Positions 20,721 through 29,412 of a stretch of DNA of 64,000 bases are shown here, one piece after another (within the stretch, counting starts at the first letter, position 1; each line of letters opens with the position of its first letter). The stretch lies in the NCBI GenBank assembly GCA_963804645.1, contig CAWDRG010000013.1, positions 30,314-94,313 of the forward strand. The letters run 5' to 3'. A model generated the notes under the pieces. That model saw only the letters and a program-made list of their open reading frames with translations. It did no database searches and was not told where the DNA came from. The stretch is from an uncultured Bacillota bacterium (GTDB lineage: Bacteria; Sysuimicrobiota; Sysuimicrobiia; Sysuimicrobiales; Segetimicrobiaceae). The position numbers were made by a program, and so were the translations under genes.

Positions 20721-21074
20721 ATGCGGATTCCCACCCACCCGACCCTCATCCGGCGGCAATTGGACGCCCGCGTGCAGCAGTTGGCGGCGCAGGGGCCGGT
20801 GCTGGCGGCCAGTTTAGTGAAGATCGCGCGCCGCTGCGGGCGGCCGGGCTGCCACTGTACGCAGGGCGCGCTGCACGTGGGCCATTACCTGTCGTACAAA
20901 GTGGCGGGCAAGACGCGGATGGTGTACGTGCCGGTCGACCTCGTCGAGGAGGTCCGGGGGTGGGTCGCGGAGCACCGCCGGTTGCGCCAATTGACGCAGG
21001 AGATCACGCAACTCACGCTGGCCCAGATCCGCGGGCACGTGACGGCGCGGAAGCGGCGGGCCGGCCGGGCCTAA
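20721..21074 (+). CDS. DUF6788-like small basic protein with CxxxxCxC...H motif
   Basis: RRCGRPGCHCTQGALHVGHYLSYKVAGKT; this type of ORF is commonly found upstream of transposases. Confidence 0.8.
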   Translation: MRIPTHPTLIRRQLDARVQQLAAQGPVLAASLVKIARRCGRPGCHCTQGALHVGHYLSYKVAGKTRMVYVPVDLVEEVRGWVAEHRRLRQLTQEITQLTLAQIRGHVTARKRRAGRA

Positions 21075-22419
21075 GCGCCCTCGGGCAGACATTCCACCAC
21101 ACGATCCAGCACTTCTGGCCGGCGTTGAACCAGTGGCTGGCCGCGCTGCCGGACACGCGCCATCAGCCGTTCATCGAGTACGACCCCGAGTTTCTCGCCT
21201 GGTGGGGGCTCTTGCTCTTCTGCTGTAAACTGGGCAGTCGGCGCCAGTTGGACTTTGACTTGCGCGATCCGGCGACGCAGGTGCTCCGCAATGTGAACCG
21301 GCTCGCCGGGACGCAGCACGCGACCTTGCCGGTGCACGACACGTTGGACCACTTCTTGGACCATCTGGGGAGTGCGCCGCTGGCGGCGCTGCGGACCCAG
21401 ATGGTGCGCCGCCTGATTCGGATGAAGGTGTTGGATGGCGCGCGCCTGCTCGGCCGCGTCGTCGTCGCGATCGACGGGACGGGGCATCTGCACTTTCGGC
21501 GGCGGCACTGTCCCCAGTGTTTGGTGCGGCAGCATCCCGCCTACGACGCGTATCTGCACATGGTCGAAGAGGCGAAACTCCTCGGCCCGGCGGCCTCGGG
21601 CTGTCCCTCGGGACGGCCTTTATTGAGAACGCCGATCGTCCGTCGCCGGTGGGCCGGGATCCCGCGGCGTGGAAGCAGGACTGCGAGCTGGCGGCATTCC
21701 GCCGCCTGGTGCCGGCCCTGCGGCAAGCGTATCCCCAGATGGCCTTCTGTGTGACGAGCGATGCGCTGTATGCGTGCGCGCCGGCGGTACGATTGGTCGA
21801 AGCCCAGGGGTGGAGCTATGTGTTTACCTTCAAGGCGGGGAACGCGCCGACGGCCTGGGCCGAGTTTCAGGCCGTGATGGCGTTGTGCCCGGAGAATGTC
21901 CTGCGGCTGACCCTCCCCGACGGGACGCAGCAAGTGTACCGCTGGGCGACAGGGATGTCGTCGGACGATGGGACCGGGCGCAGCGCGTATGGGTTCAACG
22001 CCCTGCGGTGCGAGGAGACGGTGAAGGCGACGACGACGACCTTCGTGTGGATGACGAACCTCCCGGTGAGCCGGGACACGGTGGTGGAGATTGCGACGAA
22101 AGGAGGGCGACGCCGCTGGACGATTGAGGCCGGGTTCAATGTGCAAAAAAACAGCGAGCTCAACCTGGAGCACGCCTACAGCACCGATCCGGAATTGATC
22201 AAGGCCTACTACTATCTCCTCCAGATCGCGCATATGATGCTGCAACTGCTGGAGCGCGGGAGTTTGCTCCGGCGCTTGGCCCAGCGGCACGGCAAAACGC
22301 CGGTGGCCCTCTTTGGCAGTCTCAAGAACATCGCCCGCCGGCTCCTCGAGGCGCTCCGCCACCACGTCCTTCCCGACGAGCCGAGACCGGCCATCCAAAT
22401 CCGCTTCGATACATCCTAA
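20960..22419 (+). CDS. DDE transposase (DDE_Tnp_1/IS4-superfamily-like), 1-nt deletion at about 21584-21588 relative to copy 2
   Basis: VVAIDGTG, KQDCE, SDALYA, GGRRRWTIE-GFN motifs; CTCGGCCCGGC here versus CTCGGGCCCGGC in copy 2. Confidence 0.85.
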
Positions 22420-22812
22420 GAGCGGTTCGCTGGCGGCTGCTCCGGCTCTCGTACTCGCTGTGCTCGCTGCTATGTTCCGCTTCTCGAAGTCATCGCTTCG
22501 AGCTCCCTCCCTATCACGCTCGTTTGACCCTTCCGCGATGCGGTCCCAGCCCTCCGGCTTGCCAGGTCCTATTCCTCATCGCTGGTTCGGCGACAGCCCT
22601 GAAGAATAAGAATTCGTCGCACCTCGCCCCCCCGCGGTAAGCGGTTAGCAGCACGCGTCCGCGACGATGCGTGTCCCCAGGCGGTTTCTCGCCAATTATT
22701 TTCTTCGCAGCAGGAATTTCAGGGGTCAATACTGAATAGTGGATCGCTTAGCAGGCATCCTCGGCGGCGCGCGGGGTGGGGGCGCGGGGCGTGGTGTCGA
22801 AGGGAATGAACC

Positions 22813-23175
22813 ATGCGCATGCGGGACCACCCGACGCTGCAGCGTCGCCAGCTCGACGCGCGGGTCAAGCAATTACAGGCCCGCGGGCCGGTGCTGGCGG
22901 CGAGCTTGGTGCAAATCGCGCGGCGCTGCGGCCGGCCGGGGTGCCACTGCGCGCAGGGGGCGCTCCACGTGGGGCACTACCTGACGCGCTCGGTCGACGG
23001 CAAGACCCAGACCACCTATGTCCCGGTCGAGCTGGTGGCTGAGGTTCGCGCATGGGTCGACGAATACCAGCGGCTGCGCCAGGTGATCCAGGAGAGCACG
23101 GAGCTAGCGCTGGCGCGGATCCGGGGCCACGTCCGCGCCCGGAAGCAGCGGGCGGGTCGATCCACGGGACGCTGA
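22813..23175 (+). CDS. DUF6788-like small basic protein with CxxxxCxC...H motif
   Basis: RRCGRPGCHCAQGALHVGHYLTRSVDGKT; paralog of 20721-21074. Confidence 0.8.
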   Translation: MRMRDHPTLQRRQLDARVKQLQARGPVLAASLVQIARRCGRPGCHCAQGALHVGHYLTRSVDGKTQTTYVPVELVAEVRAWVDEYQRLRQVIQESTELALARIRGHVRARKQRAGRSTGR

Positions 23176-24509
23176 GCTCCGCCTTTCGGCGGACGGTCCA
23201 GCACTTCTGGCCGGCGCTCAATCAGTGGCTGGATGCGCTGCCGGACACCCGATATGTGCCGTTCATCGAGTACGACAAGAAGTTTCTGGCCTGGTGGGGG
23301 GTGTTGCTGTTCTGCTGCAAGCTGGGCAGCCGGCGCCAGTTGGACTTTGACTTACGCGATGCGACGACGCAGGTGCTGGGCAATGTCAATCGGCTCGCCG
23401 GCACGCAGCAAGCGACCTTGCCGGTGCACGACACGTTGGATCACTTCTTGGGGCATGTGGGGAGCGCGCCGCTGGCGGCGCTGCGGACGCAGATGATCCG
23501 GCGGCTCCTCCGGATGAAAGTCCTGGATGCGGCGCGGTTGCTGGGGCGCGTGGTGGTCGCGATCGACGGGACCGGCCATCTCCACTTTCGCACGGAGCAT
23601 TGTCCCCAGTGCTTGGTGCGGCGTCATGCGACCCACGACGTGTATCTGCACATGGTCGAAGAGGCGAAACTCCTCGGGCCCGGCGGCCTCGGGCTGTCCA
23701 TGGGGACGGCGTTTATCGAGAACGCCGATCGGCCGGCGCGGGCGGGGCGCGACCTGGACTCATGGAAGCAAGACTGCGAGCTGGCCGCGTTTCGCCGCCT
23801 GGTACCGAGCCTGCGGGAGGCGTATCCCCAGACGGCCTTGTGTGTGACCAGTGACGCGCTGTATGCGTGTGCGCCGGCCGTGCGGTTGGTCGAAGCCCAG
23901 GGCTGGAGCTATGTGTTCACGTTCAAGGCGGGGAACGCGCAGACTGCTTGGACCGAGTTTCAGGCCGTGTTGGCGTTGTGCCCGGAGCACGTCCTGCGGC
24001 TGACCCTGCCGAATGGCACGCGGCAGGCGTACCGATGGGCGACGGGGATGACGGCGGAGGATGCGCACCGGCGCCCGTACCGGTTCAACGCCTTGTTGTG
24101 CGAGGAGACGGTCAAGGACACCACGACGACGTTCGTGTGGATGACGAACCTGCCGGTGACTCGGGAGACGGTCGTGGAAATCGCGATGAAAGGGGGGCGA
24201 CGTCGCTGGACGATTGAGGCGGGATTCAATGTCCAAAAAAACAGCGAGCTGAACTTGGAGCATCCCTACAGCACCGATCCGGAGTTGATCAAGGCCTACT
24301 ACTATCTCCTGCAGATCGCACACATGATGCTGCAACTACTGGAGCGGGGGAGTCTGCTTCAGCATCTGGCCCAGCGGCACGGCAAAACGCCGCTGGCACT
24401 GTTTGGCAGTCTCAAAAACATCGCCCGCCGGCTCCTCGAGGACCTGCGCCATCACCTGCTTCCCGAGGAGTCGAGACCCGCCATCCAAATCCGCTTCGAT
24501 ACCTCCTAA
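23052..24509 (+). CDS. DDE transposase (DDE_Tnp_1/IS4-superfamily-like), intact
   Basis: 485-aa ORF with AIDGTG, SDALY and RWTIE catalytic motifs; GAGGT SD 6 nt before the ATG, inside the upstream gene. Confidence 0.88.
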   Translation: MGRRIPAAAPGDPGEHGASAGADPGPRPRPEAAGGSIHGTLSSAFRRTVQHFWPALNQWLDALPDTRYVPFIEYDKKFLAWWGVLLFCCKLGSRRQLDFDLRDATTQVLGNVNRLAGTQQATLPVHDTLDHFLGHVGSAPLAALRTQMIRRLLRMKVLDAARLLGRVVVAIDGTGHLHFRTEHCPQCLVRRHATHDVYLHMVEEAKLLGPGGLGLSMGTAFIENADRPARAGRDLDSWKQDCELAAFRRLVPSLREAYPQTALCVTSDALYACAPAVRLVEAQGWSYVFTFKAGNAQTAWTEFQAVLALCPEHVLRLTLPNGTRQAYRWATGMTAEDAHRRPYRFNALLCEETVKDTTTTFVWMTNLPVTRETVVEIAMKGGRRRWTIEAGFNVQKNSELNLEHPYSTDPELIKAYYYLLQIAHMMLQLLERGSLLQHLAQRHGKTPLALFGSLKNIARRLLEDLRHHLLPEESRPAIQIRFDTS

Positions 24510-24685
24510 ACACCGGGGCGCTGGTGGCTGCTCCGGCTCTCGCACTCGCTGTGCTCGCTGCGCTCTTCACCCTCTCGAAGCCGATCGCTTCGAGCCCACT
24601 CTCCATCACGCTGTTTCCGGCGTTCCCAACCCGCTCCCGGATGCCCGGCCTGCCGGGTCCTATTCCTCACCGTTGATTCGGCGAA

Positions 24686-25982
24686 GGTAGTGTACGGTGT
24701 TGTGTGTAAAAGCAGGGACCCCGAAGAGAGAGGGCGTACCCCCGACCTGACCAACCGAAAGGAGGGATACGCCCGATGGCCAGTGTAGCCGCACTGACCG
24801 ATCTCACCGTAGCCGATTTGTGGAGGGAGGTCAAGGATGAAGCGACCCTGTGGGGCGATGTGTCTCGGGAGACGCTCCGCACGGTCAAGCTCTTGTTGGA
24901 GAACCGGATGCACGATGAGTTGATCAACCATCTGAATGCTGGCCGGTATACTCGGAATCCGGACCGGCAGGGGTATCGGAATGGCGTCTACCGCCGCCGC
25001 TTGGTGACGACGTGGGGCACCATTCCCGATCTCCATATCCCCCGGGCCCGCCAGAGCGGGTTCCAGCCCTCGGTGCTCGGCCGCTACCAGCGCCGCACCA
25101 GCGACGTCAACACGCTCGTCCGTGCCGTCTTCCTCGGCGGCCTCTCGACCCGCCAGGTCGGGCCCGTCCTCGCCAAGCTCCTCGACGATGTGGTGAGCCC
25201 CACGACCGTCTCGACGATCACCCGGGCCTTGGATCAGGCCGCGGCGGCCTTCCACCACCGGACGCTGGGCGATCACTATCAATATCTGTTCCTCGACGCC
25301 GTCAGCCTCCGGGTGAAAGGGCTCGCGGGGAGCAAGCGCCGCTTGATTCTCGTGGCCTACGGCATTCGGCCGACCGGGCAGCGGGACCTGATCGATTTCC
25401 GGCTGGCCCGCTACGAGACCCAAGCCACCTGGGAAGCCTTTCTCACGACGCTGGCCTGCCGCGGGTTAGTGGGGAAGCAGTTGCAGCTGATTACGACGGA
25501 CGGCCAGCGGGGCCTCCATGCCGCCCTCGATTTGGTCTATTCGGACGTCCCGCGCCAAGCGTGCTGGGTCCATGTCCTCCGCAACGTGGCCAATCGGCTG
25601 CGGGTCAAGGACCGGGAGGCGTGTCTGCGCATGGCGCGCCGGATCTATCAGGCGCCGACCGCCCACGCCGCGCGCCGCCTCCTGCGCCAGTGGGTCCAGG
25701 CCTGGCAGGCCACCGCCCCCGCGGCGGTCGCCTGTCTGACGCGCGAGGAGGACGCTCTGCTCAGCTTCTATGCCGTCAACGAGGCGGACTGGCGCCGGGT
25801 GCGCACGACGAACGCGATTGAACGGGTGTTTCGCGAAGTCCGCCGGCGCACGCGCCCCATGACGTGCTTCACGAACGTGGCCAGCTGTGATCGGATTATC
25901 TATGCGATCGTTCAGGCTCTGAATGTCCGGCAGGCGAGGCGCTCTCTCTCACGGGAATTTACACAAAACACTTGACACTACC
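24686..25982 (+). mobile_element. IS256-family insertion sequence
   Basis: 25-bp imperfect IRs GGTAGTGTACGGTGTTGTGTGTAAA and (reverse complement) GGTAGTGTCAAGTGTTTTGTGTAAA; 9-bp TSD TTCGGCGAA. Confidence 0.95.
24776..25975 (+). CDS. IS256-family (Mutator-type) transposase
   Basis: GYRNG, IPRAR..F.P, YLFLDA, ITTDG, QACWVH, RTTNAIERVFREVRRR; AAGGAGGG SD; stop lies within the right IR. Confidence 0.95.
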   Translation: MASVAALTDLTVADLWREVKDEATLWGDVSRETLRTVKLLLENRMHDELINHLNAGRYTRNPDRQGYRNGVYRRRLVTTWGTIPDLHIPRARQSGFQPSVLGRYQRRTSDVNTLVRAVFLGGLSTRQVGPVLAKLLDDVVSPTTVSTITRALDQAAAAFHHRTLGDHYQYLFLDAVSLRVKGLAGSKRRLILVAYGIRPTGQRDLIDFRLARYETQATWEAFLTTLACRGLVGKQLQLITTDGQRGLHAALDLVYSDVPRQACWVHVLRNVANRLRVKDREACLRMARRIYQAPTAHAARRLLRQWVQAWQATAPAAVACLTREEDALLSFYAVNEADWRRVRTTNAIERVFREVRRRTRPMTCFTNVASCDRIIYAIVQALNVRQARRSLSREFTQNT

Positions 25983-25987
25983 TTCGG

Positions 25988-26001
25988 CGAACATCTGTTT
26001 G
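25988..26001. promoter_or_regulatory. LexA operator (Gram-positive-type SOS box) CGAAC-ATCT-GTTTG
   Basis: Matches CGAAC-N4-GTTYG, lies directly upstream of lexA and overlaps its -35. Confidence 0.85.
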
Positions 26002-26028
26002 CGTTGCCACGCGTGTGTGTGTTATAAT
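25999..26028 (+). promoter_or_regulatory. Sigma70-type lexA promoter: -35 TTGCGT, extended -10 TGnTATAAT
   Basis: TTGCGT (25999-26004), 18-nt spacer, TATAAT (26023-26028) preceded by TG. Confidence 0.8.
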
Positions 26029-26065
26029 GCGGGGCGCCTGAATTCGGCCATCGGGGGGACGTATC

Positions 26066-26680
26066 GTGGGCAAAGGGCTGACGAAGCGGCAGCGGGAAAT
26101 CCTCGCCTATGTGATGGACAACATGCAGGAGCGCGGATACCCGCCGTCGGTGCGTGAGATCGGGACCGCGCTCGGACTGACCAGCAGCTCCACCGTGCAC
26201 AGCCATCTCGCGGCGCTTGAGAAGAAGGGCTTCATTCACCGCGACCCTAGCAAGCCGCGCGCGATCGAAATTCTGAAGGACGGCGCGAGCCAGCCCCCCA
26301 AGCGCGTCGTGCATGTGCCGGTCCTCGGCCGGATCGCCGCGGGACAGCCGATCTTCGCAGAAGAAAACATCGAGGACGTGTTTCCCCTCCCCCGCGACTT
26401 CGTGCGCGAGGACGCCGCGTTCATCCTGCGCGTTCGCGGGGACAGCATGATCGACGCCGGGATTCACGACGGGGACTACCTGGTGGTGCGCCAGCAGGCG
26501 ACCGCCAACAATGGGGAGATCGTCGCCGCGATGCTCGGCGACGAAGCCACGGTGAAGCGCTACTACCGCGAGCGGGACCACATCCGGCTGCAGCCTGAGA
26601 ACAGCACGATGTCGCCGATCATCGCCCGGGACGTCACCGTCCTCGGCAAGGCGATCGCACTGATCCGCCGCCTTCCCTAG
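26066..26680 (+). CDS. lexA: SOS transcriptional repressor LexA
   Basis: LTKRQ..., [10 protein letters not shown] wHTH, IAAG cleavage site, GDSM Ser and ATVKR Lys. Confidence 0.98.
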   Translation: MGKGLTKRQREILAYVMDNMQERGYPPSVREIGTALGLTSSSTVHSHLAALEKKGFIHRDPSKPRAIEILKDGASQPPKRVVHVPVLGRIAAGQPIFAEENIEDVFPLPRDFVREDAAFILRVRGDSMIDAGIHDGDYLVVRQQATANNGEIVAAMLGDEATVKRYYRERDHIRLQPENSTMSPIIARDVTVLGKAIALIRRLP

Positions 26681-26710
26681 CCGCCCGACTGAGCGTCCCC
26701 GGCGCGCCGC

Positions 26711-28081
26711 CTACGACTCGGCGGCGTCGGGATGCTTGCCGCCTACGAGATAGCGCCGGAAGCGGCCCACGGCGGTCTCGGGCAGCTCGGCGTCCACGAC
26801 CAGCCCGTCCGCGCCGCCGTCCCGCTTGAGCACGCGCCCTACGGCGTAGAGCTGCGCGAGCACCGCGCCGTCCTCGTAGGGAATCGCGAGCCGCACCCGC
26901 CGCATCGGATCGGGCAGCCGCTTCGACACCGCCCGCAGCAGGTTCACGAGCCCGACCCCCCGCAGCGCCGAGACCGGGATGCCCTCCGGCTCCTCGGCCA
27001 TGAGGTCCCGGACGCCGTCGCGTCCCAGGCGGTCGGTCTTGTTGAACACCACCACGGTCGGCCGCCCGTCGGCGCCGAGGTCCCGCAGAACCTGCTCGAC
27101 CGCGGCGCGCTGGTCCGGCCACCGCGGGTGGCTCGCATCGATGACGTGGATCAAGACGTCGGCCTCGGTCACCTCTTCGAGGGTCGCCCGGAACGCGGCG
27201 ACCAGATCGTGCGGCAACCGCTGAATGAATCCGACGGTGTCGACCAGCAGGACCGACCGGTGGTTCGGCAGCACCACGCGGCGCGTCGTCGGATCGAGCG
27301 TCGCGAACAGCTTGTCGGCCGTGAAGACGTCGGCCTCCGTCAGCGTGTTGAGCAGCGTGGATTTGCCGGCGTTGGTGTACCCGACGAGGGCGACCACCGG
27401 CAGCGCGGCGTCCTTCCGCAGCTGGCGCTGTCGGGACCGGTGGCGGCTGAGGGCCGCGATCTCGCCCTTGAGCTCGGTGATCCGCGTCCGGATGCGGCGG
27501 CGGTCCGCTTCGAGTTTCGTCTCGCCCGGGCCGCGGGTCCCGATCCCGCCGCCCAGCCGCGACAGCAGCACGCCCCGGCCGGCGAGCCGGGGCAGCCGGT
27601 ACGTCATCTGCGCCAGCTCCACCTGCAGGCGGCCCTCGCGGCTCCGGGCGCGCTGCGCGAAGATGTCGAGCACGAGGGCCGTGCGGTCGAGCACCTTCGT
27701 CTCGAGCGCGCGCTCGAGGTTCCGCTGTTGGGCGGGCGACAGCTCGTGGTCGAAGATCACGGTCTCGGCGCCGGCCGACGCGGCGCGCGCCCGAATCTCC
27801 TCGACTTTGCCGGATCCAACCCACGTCGCAGGATCCGGCCGCGCACGGCGCTGCACGACCTGGTCGACCACCACCGCCCCGGCCGTCTCGGCGAGCCGGA
27901 CGAGCTCTTGGAGGGTCTCGGAGCCGTCGGCGTCGAGGCGATCGGCCAGCCCCGCCAGCACCACGCGCTCCGGGCCGGTCTCCACCGTCTCAACCGTCAC
28001 GGGACGCGCCGCGCGGTGCCCGTCGGCCTCCCCGTTGCTTCGGCCGAGTCGGTGCCCTTCCGGCGCCCCGGTGCTCCGCAT
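26711..28081 (-). CDS. hflX: Ribosome-splitting GTPase HflX
   Basis: GIGTRGPGETKLE, GYTNAGKST, LFATLDPTTR, DTVGFI, NKTD. Confidence 0.97.
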   Translation of the reverse strand: MRSTGAPEGHRLGRSNGEADGHRAARPVTVETVETGPERVVLAGLADRLDADGSETLQELVRLAETAGAVVVDQVVQRRARPDPATWVGSGKVEEIRARAASAGAETVIFDHELSPAQQRNLERALETKVLDRTALVLDIFAQRARSREGRLQVELAQMTYRLPRLAGRGVLLSRLGGGIGTRGPGETKLEADRRRIRTRITELKGEIAALSRHRSRQRQLRKDAALPVVALVGYTNAGKSTLLNTLTEADVFTADKLFATLDPTTRRVVLPNHRSVLLVDTVGFIQRLPHDLVAAFRATLEEVTEADVLIHVIDASHPRWPDQRAAVEQVLRDLGADGRPTVVVFNKTDRLGRDGVRDLMAEEPEGIPVSALRGVGLVNLLRAVSKRLPDPMRRVRLAIPYEDGAVLAQLYAVGRVLKRDGGADGLVVDAELPETAVGRFRRYLVGGKHPDAAES

Positions 28082-28206
28082 CGCCTACGCGGGCCCCCGA
28101 CGGCCGCGGTCGTGTGCGATCGCGCGCAGACGTCCGCGCCGCGGGCGCGGGCCGCCGCGCGCATCCGGCGCCGCTCCCCGCGCTGCCGCGGGCCGTCCCG
28201 CGGAGA

Positions 28207-29412
28207 CTACCGTGCGACCCTCGATCCCACGGGGCGCTCCGCGGAGGACGCGCCGAGCGTCTCGCCGATCCGTCGAATCGCCTCGGCAAACCGCTCATCC
28301 GACGTCGTAAGCGAGATCCGAATGTAGCCCTCGCCGCGCTGCCCGTACCCGGTGCCGGGCGTCACCACGACGCCGGCGCGCTCGAGGAGATGGCTCGTAA
28401 ACCCGACCGAATCGTAGCCCGCCGGCACGGGAATCCACAGGTAGAACGTCGCCTTCGGCAGCGGCGCGTCCAAGCCGGCGCGCCGCAGCCCCGCGACGAC
28501 CGTGTTCCGGCGCTCCTGCCACCGGGCGACTCGCTCCCGCACCGGCGCGTCGGGCCCGTTGAGGGCGGCGACGCCCGCAGCCTGGATCGCCACGAACTGT
28601 CCGCTGTCGATGTTGGTCTTGAGCGTGCCGAGCGCCTGAATCGCGTCGCGGTTTCCCACGGCGAAGCCCAGGCGCCATCCGGTCATGCAGTAGGTCTTGC
28701 TGAGCGAGTGGAGTTCGATCGCCACGTCCCGGGCGCCCGGTGCCTCGAGGAAGCTGGACGGCCGGTACCCGTCGTAGGCGATCTCGGAGTACGTGTTGTC
28801 GTGGACGATGAGCACATCCCACCGCTTCGCAAACTCGACCGCCTCCGCGAAAAACGCGAGCTCCGCGGTCCCGCCGGTGGGGTTGTTCGGATAGTTGAGA
28901 AACATCACCCGCGCGCGGCGCGCCACGTCGGACGGGATCGCGCCGAGATCAGGCACCCAGCCGCCCTCTCGGCTCATCGGCACCGGGTACGGCTCGCCCT
29001 CCGCCATCACCGTGGCGGTCGCGTACACCGGATAGCCGGGATCGCTCACGAGCGCCACGTCGCCCGGATTCACGAACACCCACGGGATGTGCGCGAGCCC
29101 TTCCTTCGAACCGATCAGCGCCAGCACTTCCTTGTCCGGGTCGAGGGTGACGCCGAACCGCCTCGCGTACCAGCCCGCGACGGCCTCGCGGTACTCGCGC
29201 GTGCCCTCGTACGGCGGATACTGGTGGGTCGCCGGATCCCTGGCGGCCTTGGCCAGTGCCTCGATGATGTGATCCGGCGTCGGCAGGTCCGGATCGCCGA
29301 CCGCGAGGCTGATCACGTCAACGCCCTTCGCCTTGAGCGCCGCCCGCTTCCGGTCGAGGTCGGCGAACAGGTAGGGCGGAATCCGCTGCATGCGTTGGGC
29401 GATCTGCATCAT
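28207..29412 (-). CDS. dapL: LL-diaminopimelate aminotransferase
   Basis: IPPYLFA, GDPDLPTP, LIGSKEG, NYPNNPTG, SLSKTYCMTGWRLG, KTNIDSG. Confidence 0.88.
   Translation of the reverse strand: MMQIAQRMQRIPPYLFADLDRKRAALKAKGVDVISLAVGDPDLPTPDHIIEALAKAARDPATHQYPPYEGTREYREAVAGWYARRFGVTLDPDKEVLALIGSKEGLAHIPWVFVNPGDVALVSDPGYPVYATATVMAEGEPYPVPMSREGGWVPDLGAIPSDVARRARVMFLNYPNNPTGGTAELAFFAEAVEFAKRWDVLIVHDNTYSEIAYDGYRPSSFLEAPGARDVAIELHSLSKTYCMTGWRLGFAVGNRDAIQALGTLKTNIDSGQFVAIQAAGVAALNGPDAPVRERVARWQERRNTVVAGLRRAGLDAPLPKATFYLWIPVPAGYDSVGFTSHLLERAGVVVTPGTGYGQRGEGYIRISLTTSDERFAEAIRRIGETLGASSAERPVGSRVAR

Larger units (their letters stand above)
20501..22585 (+). mobile_element. IS element copy 1: small Cys/His accessory gene plus DDE transposase
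   Basis: Imperfect terminal IRs CAGCCCTAAAGAATAGG and (reverse complement of the right end) CAGCGATGAGGAATAGG, flanked by TTCGGCGA; homologous to copy 2 throughout. The right boundary is uncertain by 1 nt. Confidence 0.88.
22594..24676 (+). mobile_element. IS element copy 2 (diverged relative of copy 1, intact ORFs)
   Basis: Left end CAGCCCTGAAGAATAAG, right end reverse complement CAACGGTGAGGAATAGG, flanked by TTCGGCGA. Confidence 0.88.
20493..25991 (+). repeat. Four copies of target-site duplication TTCGGCGA (20493-20500, 22586-22593, 24677-24684, 25983-25990) separating three tandem IS elements
   Basis: Exact 8-mer at each element junction; 9-mer TTCGGCGAA on both sides of the IS256 element. 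Confidence 0.92.

Noticed and set aside
20501..24676. IS copies 1 and 2 as an assembly or tandem duplication artefact
   Set aside because: The copies differ at many synonymous and non-synonymous positions and in their non-coding ends, so they are distinct elements.
20493..25991. TTCGGCGA repeats as a CRISPR-like array or recombinase att sites
   Set aside because: The repeats are only 8-9 bp, spaced by whole IS elements with IRs and DDE transposases. No cas or recombinase genes are present, and target-site duplication explains them.
25972..26028. IS256 outward TTGACA forming a hybrid promoter for lexA
   Set aside because: It is 45 nt from the TATAAT, and the hexamer at 16-18 nt spacing is a poor -10. 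The native promoter is intact.
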